NCBI RefSeq assembly: GCF_009914755.1 | Contig: NC_060932.1 | Length of the DNA stretch: 64,000 nt | Direction: 5' to 3' (one strand) | From: the human T2T-CHM13v2.0 reference genome, Homo sapiens | Shown: positions 1-12,574 of the stretch, piece by piece | Position numbering within the stretch: the first letter of the stretch is position 1 | Layout of the letters: each line of letters opens with the position of its first letter | Translations under genes and position numbers: made by a program | The notes under the pieces: generated by a model | What the model was told of the DNA's origin: nothing | Seen by the model: the letters and a program-made list of their open reading frames with translations, nothing else | Database searches by the model: none

Positions 1-54
1 AGCTGAGGAGACTGTGGTACAAAGAAAGTAAATTATTTGCCCATGGTCACCCCC

Positions 55-570
55 TTGAATACATTATTCAATAAGAGACAAGATTGAAAGTCACATCTAA
101 ATCTCATGCTTTTCCTGCTAAGAATTAAAAAAACAACTGTAACTGTGAGTAATCTCAGAGGAACTGCAGAGATGAACTTCAGGGGACTGAAGATGGACAA
201 ATTCAATGTTAAGGAAGAAAAGATGAATGCTACGGTGGACATCTAAGTCTGATATTTGTCCCCAAGAAAACTACAATTAATAATTATGTATCTATATATC
301 AAGATATATCTATTTTATTTCATCACTTAAAGAAGGAAGCAGTGATCAACAAGAAGTAGTATGGGTTACATAAATATAAGAAGAACTGATGTCAAATTCA
401 CCTTCTTTTCTGATGGAGTGTCAGGCTAGCAAAGCATCAGGTGCAACTGATGCCATGTGAGTCAATTTCAGTCAAGGATGTGGAAGTTTCCTTCAGAAGA
501 TTTTGGAGGAAACACTTGAGAAATGAAGCCTAGAAGATAGTAAACTTCAATACATATACATTGGAATGGG
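55..570 (+). mobile_element. Ancient CR1/L3 LINE fragment (degenerate RT region)
   Basis: Degenerate similarity to remembered L3 ORF2, e.g. 'gaaggaagcagtgatcaacaagaagtagtatgggtt' and 'aatttcagtcaaggatgtggaagtttcc...gagaaatgaagcctagaagatag' (DFSKAFD region). No intact frame. Confidence 0.55.
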
Positions 571-608
571 GCAGTCTTTAGCTACCCACCATATCTGTCT
601 GTTCTTGG

Positions 609-1222
609 TGTTATATATAAAATTTTGGTGTTGCAAAAGAAATAGCATTTGAATATAAATTAAAAAGAATTTTAATAAATTTTTTAAATTAAAAATTAAA
701 TATTTAATAAATTTTATTAAATAAATTTAATAAAAGTTTAAAAATTAATACTTTTTTTAAATTTTTAGCAAGGCAAGTTATTTTTATATAGAAGGGTGCG
801 CCCTTACAGGTGGAGCAATGGTGAGTGCACACTTGGACAAGGGAGGGGAAGGGGATTTTATCCCTGACGCACGTGGCCCCTGCTGCTGTGTCATTTTCCT
901 ATTGGCTAGGGTTAGACTGCACAGGTTAAACTAATTTTGATTGGCTAATTTAAATAGAATGACTGGGTGAGTGCTTTGGCGGGAGTCAGGGCAGAGCAGG
1001 TAGCAGGTAATTGGAATGAGTTAGGGTGGAGCAGGTGATTGGAATGTAGTAGGGTGGAGCAGGTGAGTTAGGGTGGAGTAGGTAACTGGAATGAGTTAGG
1101 GTGGAGTAGGTAATTGAAAAAGGTTGCTTTACAAGGAAGTTAAATTTAAAAGTAGAAGGCAAAGAATTGAACATACTGACATATTAATTTTTTGAAAAGA
1201 AATTTAGAACTCATATCTAACA
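609..1222 (-). mobile_element. LTR10-family (HERV-I, ERV1) solo LTR
   Basis: Minus strand starts TGTTAGATATGAGTTCTAAATTTC, as in LTR10A/F. TG...CA termini. 4-bp TSD ttgg at 605-608 and 1223-1226. Internal 'gagttagggtggagcagg' repeat units. Confidence 0.85.
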
Positions 1223-1923
1223 TTGGCCTCTTTGATAAGCATTTAATTGCTTGATTGAGATGAAACCTGGGTTTGCTAAAATGCCTAGTGTCATGGGGTC
1301 AGGAGGATCAGCAACTAGGAGCCTGGGATCAAGGCTTCAGTCCAAGGAGAAACAAGTGTGATAGGAGTGGACTCAATCATTAAGAAGAGTGGTTTAAGAC
1401 AGGGACACACTCTAGAAGTGGTAACGAGAGTCGGTATTGTACCAAGCTACAAGTTAGAGAGTAGGGTCCAGGAGTATGAAATGAAGCAATTGTAACAGTG
1501 ATGGATCAGGGCTGAAGCAGTCCGCAAGGTTAACTCCAAAGGGTGTCTCCTGAGGAAATCACACTTTACCTAAGGACAATATCCATCAGAGTTTTAAAGG
1601 ATTGCTGAGCCTGCCAGTTGGCAGTGTGTGTGCATGTGTGAAGACACATGTGTGTCTGGGGAGAGAGTCATGTGACTTGGGATATGGGCATTGAAGACAG
1701 GCAAGAGTTATATTTAAGCCAGATGAAAAAGAAATTGCCTAGAGTGATTTATTAGGCAATAAGTTATTAGATCATCAGTGGGCTCTTATGTGGCAAAGAA
1801 TCTGTTTGTTTCTTCATTTTACTTATATACATGTTTGCTTTTCATGTCTTTCTTCCAAAAATGTTTTGAAGTCACTAAAAAGTATTCAAAATTGACTCTG
1901 TATGGATTCAGAAGTCAGAACTA

Positions 1924-2257
<334 letters not shown>

Positions 2258-2369
2258 AGGAATCCATCCTAACCATCAGAGCTTCAAAACAGTGGGTTAG
2301 CTTGCTGGGCAAGCAGTGACCTCCCAACCCTGGAAGTATGCAGATGCAAGGTGGCCAGAAGTGATGTGT

Positions 2370-2398
2370 GCACACACACACGCACACATACACACGCT
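2370..2398. repeat. Short (CA)n microsatellite
   Basis: cacacacacacgcacacatacacacg read directly. Confidence 0.85.
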
Positions 2399-3329
2399 CG
2401 CACTCTCCAGGTGATTTGAGGAGTGGATTCATTTGGCCTACTAAAATGCCTTTGGTGCAGTTTCTGCAAATATTTAAGTTTGATCATTCTTTTATATATT
2501 TTGTTTTCAATATCTTTTTTTTTTTTTTTTTACATAGCAAGCACAATATAATTCCAACAAATTTAAGACTTCTGGTTCCAGTCATTAATGTTCTGTGCTG
2601 CTAAACCCAAGCCTGTGAAGGTAAAACTATCTTTTGGGACTATAGCTTAGTCGGACCTGTTTCTGAAACATGTAGTGTTTTGTGAAATCATAAGTGTGTT
2701 CATGAGTGGATTGTGAAATAATCTCCAATTGCTTTGGAAAGAAGACTAGAAATGCTGGCAGAGCTGGGAACAAAATACACAATGAGGCTTTCTCTCCAAT
2801 GCCCCAGCCCCTTGCTCCCTGGTCTGCACTATTCTGCTTATACAAACCTTGTATATTCCCTGGTCCCTGCTTCCATCTGTGCAAACTGGACTGCCCTTAA
2901 CTACTCTCTAGCTTCTGGGGAAGAGGGGACACTATAAAAGGCTACTGATGCGACTGGTGGAGGCATTTTACATTACATTAAGGGAGTTTACGTTCAAAAA
3001 AATAAAAGGGAAAAAGAGATAAAACATGGCTCCCTGCTCCCTGTCCAACCAAGGACAAATCAAACAGGTAGGAAATTACGACCATCAAACTCTCTCTCTC
3101 TCTTGGTCTTTAAAGTCATGGCTAAAACTTGGACTCTGCTATTTCGCCCAGAGTCAGGTTTGTAAGTGCAAGAAAATAGATGACACTTCCCGGAGGAAGC
3201 CCTCCCCGGAGTCCTTTGAAAGTTATTTTTTTCTTCCTCTAAGCTTTGTACAAGCATCTTCTGAGTTGTCATTCATTTCCATGCTTGTCTGTCTTTGAGA
3301 AACAAAGAAACAAAACCCTTGGGGCAGAC

Positions 3330-3700
3330 ACCCTGGAGCAAGGCTGCCTAGGTCCAAATCCTAGCTCTGCCATTAACTGACTCTGTGGTCTTGGGCCATT
3401 CACTCCTTGGCACAGCGGGAATGGTAACAGTGTCTAACTCACGGGGTTGTCCTGAGAACCTTCACGAGATCATGAAGCAGGCAAAGCACTCAATACAAGT
3501 TAGCTACTGTGATGACGGAGGCTAATGACATGGGCTCTGGAATCTGACCTGCCTGGGTTCAAGTTCTTTAGGTTTGTTACAGTGCTCCGTAGTTAACCTT
3601 CTTTAGTCTCAGTCTTCCCTGGATATTAAATGGGAATAATCACAATCTCTATCTCAAAGGCGTTGCTGTAAATATGATGTGAGGCAAGTGCCTGGTTTAT
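3330..3700 (+). mobile_element. Two adjacent MIR fragments
   Basis: MIR-like text 'ggtccaaatcctagctctgcc' and 'gcctgggttcaag...ctcagtcttcc...aaatgggaataat'. Confidence 0.6.
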
Positions 3701-3869
3701 AACACTCGGGAAAATTTGCATGCTGGGCTCTGAGGTTTTCCAGGGTAGTGACTTGTTCTAACTTATCTCTGTACTTTCATTACCTAGCCTGGGGCTGGCA
3801 CATAGTAGGACCTATTGAATTTATGAACCTCGACTCTCTTGGCTGACAATCCTCCACGACCCTCCCTAA

Positions 3870-4325
3870 ACATATACGTACTTGTATAAACACCATACAC
3901 ACCACACATTCCCACATATGTATACAACATACACCCAAGACAGACACAAACATCACGTGTACCATACACGAAGCACTGTGTGCTTGTCTGTACACCACAC
4001 AATCACCAGGCACACTCATATACATAACAAACACACAACATACACACATAACGCCATGCACACATACATCCACAATATACGCATGCCACAAACACAAAAG
4101 CACCACATATACCACACACAACACAAATACATACATATACCTGTATATGCATACACAAACACCATATTGGATACACCAAACACCAGACATACACATATAT
4201 ACACACCACATGAACATACCACACACACACACCACAAACCAAACACCATGCACATACACACGTACTGCATACATAACTCTCACCCCACATACATACTATA
4301 CACACATGCACACACGCGTATGCAC
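3870..4325. repeat. Degenerate CA-rich low-complexity tract (~450 bp)
   Basis: Dense cac/aca/tac motifs. Source of the His/Thr-rich and Val/Cys-rich ORFs. Confidence 0.9.
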
Positions 4326-4784
4326 CATTTACCTTTCAGCTGCTCTGTTGAGCTGAAGGAAGCTAGGCCAGTTTCAGGGATACAATTCAGCTCCCAGGGC
4401 CTGTTGGAACAAGCGTGAGGTCTTTCATCAGCTGTGGCCACCTCCCTGGAAAGGCATTCGGAATGAGTTTCAAATTCGCATTTTGGCCTGAGGAAAAGGG
4501 AGTGAAGTTATGACTTTTTCCCCTTCTGATTGTCAAGTAACACCATTAGCCCAGGCCAAGAAGCCATTTCTCCAAGTAGAGATATAGATGAGGCTGGTTA
4601 TTCTTTCCAAAATTCCGCAAGGCTCCAATTAATTCCATGTGTATTGTATAGTTAACAGGCATTTCTTCCTGAGAACAACAGAAGATGGTATACTTTAACT
4701 ACATTTCAGAGAGGCCAGAACGTTGGGCTGGAAGGTGTGCTAGAAGAGTGTCTTTCTTGTCCAGTGGGTCTGAAACTTTACTGG

Positions 4785-4942
4785 ATTTTAAAATCCCCAG
4801 AGCTCATGCTGTTCATACATATTACCAGGCCCCAAACCTCGGAGATTATAATTCAATAGAGGTCTAGGGTGGTGCCCAGAAATCTGCCTTTTGGATAAGT
4901 AACCTAAATGATTCTGATTCAGATGACACTTGGAGAAACACC
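4785..4942. mobile_element. MER5-like hAT-Charlie MITE
   Basis: 'ggtctagggtggtgcccagaaatctgcc...tgattctgat...gagaaacac' matches remembered MER5. Confidence 0.6.
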
Positions 4943-5391
4943 AGAATCCCTTATTTCTTAGCTGGGGAAAACTTGATCACAGTCATAAAATAACTGACTC
5001 ATACAGATAGTAAGTAGCAAGGCTGGGACTGGACCTCAGGTCTCCTTGCTTTGAGTTCAGTGCTTCTTAAGTAATTGACTTAATTTCATCTTCTTGCCTT
5101 TAGTTCTCCAAGCATTATAGAGTTGGTTGGTGGCTGAAAAAAGCACTGAATTTGTCTGAGAGCAGACAAGGCTTTTCTGTGGTCAGTCTTGTTCCTCTAG
5201 GAACAAGAGGTCTCCTCTTGACTGTCACCAGTTGTCACATAAGGCCACCGGTTGTCACATACTTAATTCTTAACCAGGCTGGACAGATTACAATTGCAAA
5301 TTATTTAAAAAGTGTTTCACCCTGCTCAGAAGCCAGACCTATTGCTTAAAGCTACACGCCCCAAATCTTCACAGACTTCCTGACTGCTTAG

Positions 5392-5597
5392 ACCAGCTGT
5401 TAGAAAACTCCAGCCTGTAGGCCAAATCTGGCCACTACCTGTTTTTGTAAGTAAAGTTTTATGGGAAAACAGACATAGACATTAATTTATATATTGCCTA
5501 TGGCTGCCTTTGTACAAAGTTGCAATAGATCATATGGCCTGAAAAGCCGAAAATATTTACCATCTGGTCTTTTACATAAAAACTTTTCAATCCTTGG
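5392..5597. mobile_element. MER58A hAT-Charlie MITE
   Basis: 'ggccaaatctggccactacctgtttttgtaagtaaagttttat...aaagccgaaaatatttaccatctgg'. Confidence 0.8.
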
Positions 5598-6699
5598 TCT
5601 AGATTGTTACTTGGGGCCCTCCCAGGGGCCATGGAGCATACATACGCAACAAAGAACTTCCACGAAGCCCTGTGATATGTTCTACAAGGTCCCTTTCTAC
5701 CCATAGCCTCGCCTTTATTGATGAAATCTCAGCAACCTAATGACTACCTTTCTGAACCGTCTTGGTCATTTCGGAGGCTAATAATATTTTCATTAGATGA
5801 AGTGAATTTTACTTCAAGGATTTTGTTGAAGGGTTTATTATATGAAAGTGTATCCTAAGTCAAGCTCCATGAGACATGACAGCTTCTTTATTAAGCACTG
5901 GGTATCTCTTCTCCCCTTGCCCTTCCGCATTCTTACCTACTGTTAAATATGGTTAGTTTTGCCCTAAGTTTGCATGGGTTGGTCACTTTCTTCCTGGATC
6001 CCTGAAAGCAGGCCTAGAACAGCTGGGCCAAGGGCTGAGGGCCGCTTCCAGAAGCAGATTCTTCTCCCTTCCATTTCTGTTGTTGTTGCCCAGCAACAAT
6101 TTGAGAGGCCCCAGAGAGATTCCAAAGGCCTGAGGACTTGGCACAAAATGGTTTGTGAGCCATTATTGCGAATGATCCCTGAATTATATTTTTCATTGCA
6201 CCTTTCAATTTCACATATGCTTGTATACTCACATACTCCTGGGAAATTCAAATAATTTGCACAATAAGAAGAGACTTGGTGTATATATTCTTTGCCAAAG
6301 AGTTTTTACTGGGAGACAAGAACAAAGTATGACAAAAGGCTGTCATCATAATATGTGTTTCTGCGGGGGGAATAATTTCAAAACTGCTTTGATAGGAAGA
6401 CTGATCTGATGCTTAAGCCCACGAAGTTTGGAGTTAAAGCACCTGGCCTTGAAATAATACTACTGTCTATTTTATAGGTTGTTGTGTCAATGAAATAAGA
6501 ACCTTTATTTTGTAGCTTAAGTCAGTACTCTAAGAAGGCTGTCATTGTTCATGGTGATGATAGTATTATGTCCAGAAGGATTAAATTAGGGCATTACACG
6601 TGTGTTTTTATAGGTACACGAAGTCAGAAGGAGAGTTTGGAAAGTGATCAATTAATTGCATCTATAGCCCCACTTACTGGCTTCTTGTTATTCTTGACC

Positions 6700-7180
6700 T
6701 TATCCTGTAATTTGTAGTCTCTGCCCTCTGCCTTTGGACAGAGTTGTGCTTTTCCTTGATCACTAGGATGTTACCAAATGTGCCTCAAGTGGATGCTTAC
6801 AAAGATCTTGAGTGTCTCTCCATCTCCTCTTGAGTGAGCTTGCTTGGATTTGGAAACTTGCCAACTACATGGAACCAAGCCTGGACTAGTGTGCTGGAGG
6901 ATGAGACAAGGCATTGCTGAATTGGCACAGCCAAGGTCATCCAGCACCAGGCCACCCTCAAACATACGAGCTAGAAGGTCAGCCACAGTGAGCATAACTG
7001 CCTACCTAACACTCAGCTGACCACAAATGCACGAGTGAGTCCAGTCAAGATCAACCAAACCTAGTCCAGATTAGCAGAAATTCCCAGATGATCTATAAGT
7101 TCATGAGATGTAACACATGGTTGTTATTAAAGCCAGAACATTATGAAGTGATTTGATGAACAGCAATGTGTAACTAATAA
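6700..7180 (+). mobile_element. MLT1-family (ERVL-MaLR) LTR
   Basis: 'aagcctggactagtgtgctggaggatgaga' plus 3' end 'atggttgttattaaagcc...aactaata'. The 5' boundary is uncertain. Confidence 0.6.
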
Positions 7181-8054
7181 GAAAGCGTATACAGTATCTA
7201 TTTAGTACTAGTAAATGATTAATGCAAGAAGAGAATTTAAACTCTTGTGGGATTATTAGATGCTTTTCTTCCCTGTACAAATGGTCATGGTCCAGAAGCC
7301 TAGAAATGAAAACCATGTTCAACTTAGCAATTGCTTCCTTTGTTATAAATACCAACTCAGTCCATAGAGATGGTTAACTAATAAATAAAGCAATGGTTAG
7401 TCAATTAAAACTGAGGATCTATTCTGAGTATTTCCCACTGATTACAGAAATGAAGTCTCCTGGAAAGGAGCACACCTAATTCAGGCTAAAAATAGTACAA
7501 CTAAATATCTGGAAAACAGGACATGTGTTTGAAGGAAAATATTCAACCAAAAAAAAAAAAAGTGGTTTTCTTCTTTTATAGACAACACTAATTTCCTGAA
7601 TGCTTGTGTCAGCTTTTTGGTGACAAGAAAGGATGAGTAAGACACTATTATGGTTTAAAGTACAGCGAGAGAATAGTAAATTTACGAAGGCAGAAGTGAA
7701 AAGTAGAAAGCGAAGATGATATAGGTGAGTGGGATGTTGTCATCAGCTTTGATGCTATGATGCTTTGTGGATGATTCAGCTCTGGATGATAGGGTTGAAC
7801 AGTTCTGTACCTCCTTGGCAAAATTCCAGTGTTCTGAGCATTTGAAAATAAAAGCAGTAGAGAAAGAGCTTCAAGTGTGCTCTCACAGTAGACCTGCAGC
7901 AAAATTGTGAGGTGCAGATTGTTGGAGTTGGTAGACAACTTGTGAAAGGAATCAGAATATGTTGTAGGCAGTATACAAGCATATGTCATTCATCCATTTA
8001 TTCATGCAGTGCTATTATAAGATATAGTATGAGCCATAAGGGTGGCATAAAGTT

Positions 8055-8200
8055 TTCATCTATCTGTCAATTTAGTTAAGATATTTATTGAGTTAGATAA
8101 TGTGCTAGACATGAGAGATACAAAAATGAAAAGGAACATGGTCTCTGTCGTACAGGAATTTACCAGCTAGACAGAAGAGACAGGGAAAGAAACTGGCGTT
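8055..8200 (-). mobile_element. L2 3' end fragment
   Basis: 'atatttattgag...tgtgctagac...gagatacaaaaatgaa...atggtctctg' is typical of antisense L2. Confidence 0.6.
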
Positions 8201-8430
8201 GATCATACTGAACGCCATCATGAAGGAGGTTTGAGATACTGCTTTTTCCTCTCTGTGAAGTCCTGAGTCCATGGAAAGGCCGAGGGGAGAAACATCGGCA
8301 GCAACATGGCAGCTCTATTAGTGATGGAAACTGGATTGGGAAATGCGATATCACATCTGTCACCTAGAGGTTTTGGCAACAATATTTCGGCCTAGAATTC
8401 AGCCCAGCACATTCAGTGTACTGTGCTTAC

Positions 8431-8538
8431 CCAGCCTCTGGCAGAGTGGGACAGCTGAAGCTTCCTGGAAAGGAAGAAGCTCTTGTTACCCGGTGGAAAG
8501 CAGATCGCAATGGATACTTCCTGCAGTCAGTCAAGCTT
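8431..8538 (-). other. Candidate 108-nt internal exon (unverified)
   Basis: Minus strand acceptor TTCTCTACTTTCAG| and donor CTGG|GTAAGC in non-repeat sequence. Inferred from splice motifs only. Confidence 0.35.
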
Positions 8539-9144
8539 CTGAAAGTAGAGAATCAGGGAGGAGCTAAGAAAAGCAGCGGTCAAGATAAACTAAGCCCCTT
8601 ATCCCCAGCCCACAAATAAAATGCTTCAGTCTTTCTTCCATGGGAATGAAGTCAGGGATACAGAAAGAAACCAAATATGTTTCTCTCAGTGGTGTCTATA
8701 GAAAAAGGAAGTCAAAGAGAGATGAGGGTTCTCCCCTAATGTCTGAGATAACACAGCTGGAGGCCCTAATCTAACCTGGATTTGGGGATCAAAGAAAGTT
8801 TCACCAAGGTGAAAACACATTCTTCTGGCTCAGGAGGAGTTGTAGAGGTGAGAAAACAGTGAGTTATTGGGCTTCAGACAAGACAGTGATCAAGAATGGG
8901 TTCACAAAAGAGGCATTATCTAAAAACAGTCTTGATTGGTAGATATATTGCAAAAACTGAAATGGCTTGGCAAGCTCATTCAGTGCGGAAAACAGTTACC
9001 TGTCATATAATAGGAAAGCCCATGTCCTAGGAAAATGAGTGCCAAATTCAGCAAGTCTTTGGAGAATGTATAAGAGTGTGGGGGATAAGATAACAACTCT
9101 GTTTGGGGCCAGGTACTAGAGCATCTAGGATGCCAGGATAGTGA

Positions 9145-9543
<399 letters not shown>

Positions 9544-9888
9544 TGAGGTCCTGGTATGAAGCAAGGGAACTGGGGAGATGGACAGAGGAATACAAGTGCA
9601 TAAAGCAGGAAGGCCAGGAAGGCAGAATCTATGGGAATGATCATGATGAGGATTACTGAATGAAGACCAACAGTGAGACAGTAAGATGTTTGAGGAAAGG
9701 GTGATTTAAACAGAAACTAGAACATCAGTGCCATGGAGACTAGTCTTCAGTTCTCTGAATGCCCAGTTTAAGGAACCAGCATTCCTTTAAAATAGAACTA
9801 TTCAGAAGACAGAAAAGTGGGCAAGGCATAAAGATGTGTTGAATCTATACTTAAAGATTATGGCTAAGTTCTGAGAGTGGATGAAATC

Positions 9889-9921
9889 GCTCTCTCTCTC
9901 ACACACACACACACGCACACA
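9889..9921. repeat. Compound (CT)n(CA)n microsatellite
   Basis: Read directly. Confidence 0.85.
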
Positions 9922-10815
9922 GTAGTAGAAAAAAAATAAAAAGAAGGTGGCCAAGGAAAGGAGCTTGGAGAAACACCCCTTCTTAAAGGGCAGGGGCAAG
10001 CAGAGCATCCCTCAAAGGAAAAATAGAAGATACAGTTAGTTTGAGAGATTTCCAGAGTGTAGTGTCACTGAAGTGATGGACGTTAGATAGACATTTACCT
10101 GCAGTGTTGGTATATTGGCATGGATACACCCTCAATTTTATTTTTCTCCAATTTGGCTTTTCTTCTTATCTGCAAAATGGGAAGCAAAATTTCTGTTCCA
10201 GTATTTGGTGACTGAGAACCTGAATATTTAAGGATAAAAAGAATAATATTTTTAGGTATCAAATTAGCTATCAATTGATTTTATTTTACCATTTCTACCT
10301 CCTGCATCTGTCTGCTAGTTTAACACAGTGAAGGGGCAGTGGAGGGATGGGTGCTCTCTGGGGGAAGGAGGATCTCACATAGGGAAAGTCTCCCTCTCTC
10401 TGAGCCCAGAGGACTGAGAAGGATGTCAGAGATGGAGGAGAAAGGCAGCCAGGGCTGTAACTACATCTCCTGCTCTCGAGGGGGTGATATGCTGACTACG
10501 TTGGGGGACTATATGGGGCAAAGAGCTCTAACCCACCTCTCCACTAAGGACTCACAAAGTACACCAGAAGGCAGAGAAGCCAACATATGGAATCCCAGCA
10601 TGGTTTAAGAGGATGGACTGGCATAGAGAGAGGGTTTCATTAGCAGGCCTGAGATTCCTTAGGTGACATACAGCAGAAAGGAAACTAGGTTTCCAGCCCT
10701 TGGGACTGCAATGGGCCCACTAAAGTGGGATTGAGGAGATCCTTCAAGAGACACTGAGAGATGACCTCTGGGGTCAGTGTTGCTGTGGGGATGTGGCATG
10801 ACTCAGAGAGGTCTG

Positions 10816-11430
10816 TATTTCATGGTGTCATACCACCTAGAAATAATTACTCCCTCTGATTTATGAAAAGATCAAGTCCTTGCACTTAGAGCAAGAGCTT
10901 ACACATGGTAGGAAGGTTCTTCAATTTGACTTCATAGCATCGTAAATTTCCCGATATACAATGGCTGTCTTTGTTTCCCCTTCTTCATCAGATCCCTTGC
11001 TGTAAGACACAGGTTCAGCCTGATCCTGGCTTCTAACTTCACATCCTCTTTTCTGGCCTTAGTAGAGAAGTAAGAGCTATCCTCACATGCCATTGAGGGA
11101 CTCACATGCAATCTAGAGCAGGAAGCACTGCGCAGAGCTAACAGCAGAGACCCAGGAGTCAGACTTCCTGGACTGGACGCCTTGTTTCATGTTTCCTTAC
11201 TTTGTGACTTTAGGGACTTTAGGGACTTTTCCTTGTCTATAAAATGGGGTAATATGAGTAGATAGCTCCACTCAAAGAGTTGTATAAGGAAGAAGATAAC
11301 TAGCCATAAAGTTCTTAGCATTAGAGTGACTTGCTATAATTATAGTAGAGATTCTACAGATGTTAGCTCTGTTATGTTTCACAGAAGCTTCTACTACCCT
11401 GTTGGCATACTCAAGCCTAGGACTAGAGTA
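10816..11430 (+). repeat. Local direct duplication, copy 1
   Basis: Aligns by eye end to end with 13641-14238 (offset ~2825 bp). Contains a MIR remnant in its 3' half. Confidence 0.95.
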
Positions 11431-12295
11431 AGTTTTGGACTTGGACAAAGTGAGAACTGAGGAGGATTTTGGTGGAGGGCTAAAACGGGTGGTGGAGCCA
11501 TTGGTCTCAAGTGGGCTGAGAAGAGTTTATTATTCAGGGATGTCAGCATCAACAGCACTGAACAGCCAGGGTTGAAGCAAAACCAAGCAGATTTGATGAG
11601 GTGCCACCCAACACACACCCAAAGATTAGGCATGAGAAGCTGCCCTCCGCATGGGACCATGGGGTCATGCCAGCTGTATTCCTGCACAGCCAGGGAAGTG
11701 CCGGTGAGAAAGAGACCAAGAAAAATAGCAATGATTTCAAAGAGATGGCCTTAAGTGTAGATAAATGATTTAACTATTGATAATATTCATTTTTCAGTTA
11801 ACAGGGAGTACCTTCAGTATTTTTCTTTAAATATTTAGCAAGTTGGAGTGAGGGAGAGTAAAACAGTAGGGAAATAAAAGAGCCACACATGCTTTCCACA
11901 TTGAAATGTAACATAATTCTATGTAAGTTTGAGCCCTGATTTACCAAAATTCCTTTACTATTTCCCTAGCCCATTGCAATCTCATGATTAGGATGGTAAG
12001 CCCTGTGGAAGATGGGTGCATTTTGTATTGTTTAGTGCTTAATTTGATGTCTGGTGAATAGTAGGTATTTGATAAATAATATGAGAAATGAATGTTTCCT
12101 TCCACTGTTTAGCATATCCACTTTTAACCAAGGGCCCTAGCAAAATGTGGAAATATTGACATTTGGTTTGGGGTCATCTTCTTACTCCCTCTCCAATTCT
12201 ATCCCTCAGAATTTGTGTCTCTGTCTTTCTGCAATCAACTTTAAATTGGAAGAAAGGATCAGAGTCTCATTTACACTAACATAAAAAACAATGTA

Positions 12296-12574
12296 TTGGG
12301 AGGCCGAGGCGGGCGGATCACGAGGTCAGGAGATCGAGACCATCCCGGCTAAAATGGTGAAACCCCGTCTCTACTAAAAATACAAAAAATTAGCCGGGCG
12401 TAGTGGCGGGCGCCTGTAGTCCCAGCTACTTGGGAGGCTGAGGCAGGAGAATGGCGTGAACCCGGGAGGCGGAGCTTGCAGTGAGCCAGTGAGCCGAGAT
12501 CCCGCCACTGCACTCCAGCCTGGGCGACAGAGCGAGACTCCGTCTCAAAAAAAAAAAAAAAAAAAAAAACAAAA
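12296..12574 (+). mobile_element. AluYa5, 5'-truncated
   Basis: Diagnostics atcCcgg, ctaaAa, cgtAgtgg, tacTTggg and gatcCcgcc all present. CpGs mostly intact. TSD aaaaaacaatgta at 12283-12295 and 12575-12587. Confidence 0.92.

Noticed and set aside
1000-1115. Spaced repeats that superficially resemble a CRISPR array (also 24342-24413)
   Set aside because: Tandem units without unique spacers, inside eukaryotic transposons, with no cas genes.
3780-4418. Longest ORFs in the CA-rich tract (167 and 178 aa)
   Set aside because: Low-complexity translation of a CA/TG tract with no domain-like sequence.
5227-5260. Small two-copy duplications (also near 16760, 23136 and 39610)
   Set aside because: Ordinary slippage events with no further signal.
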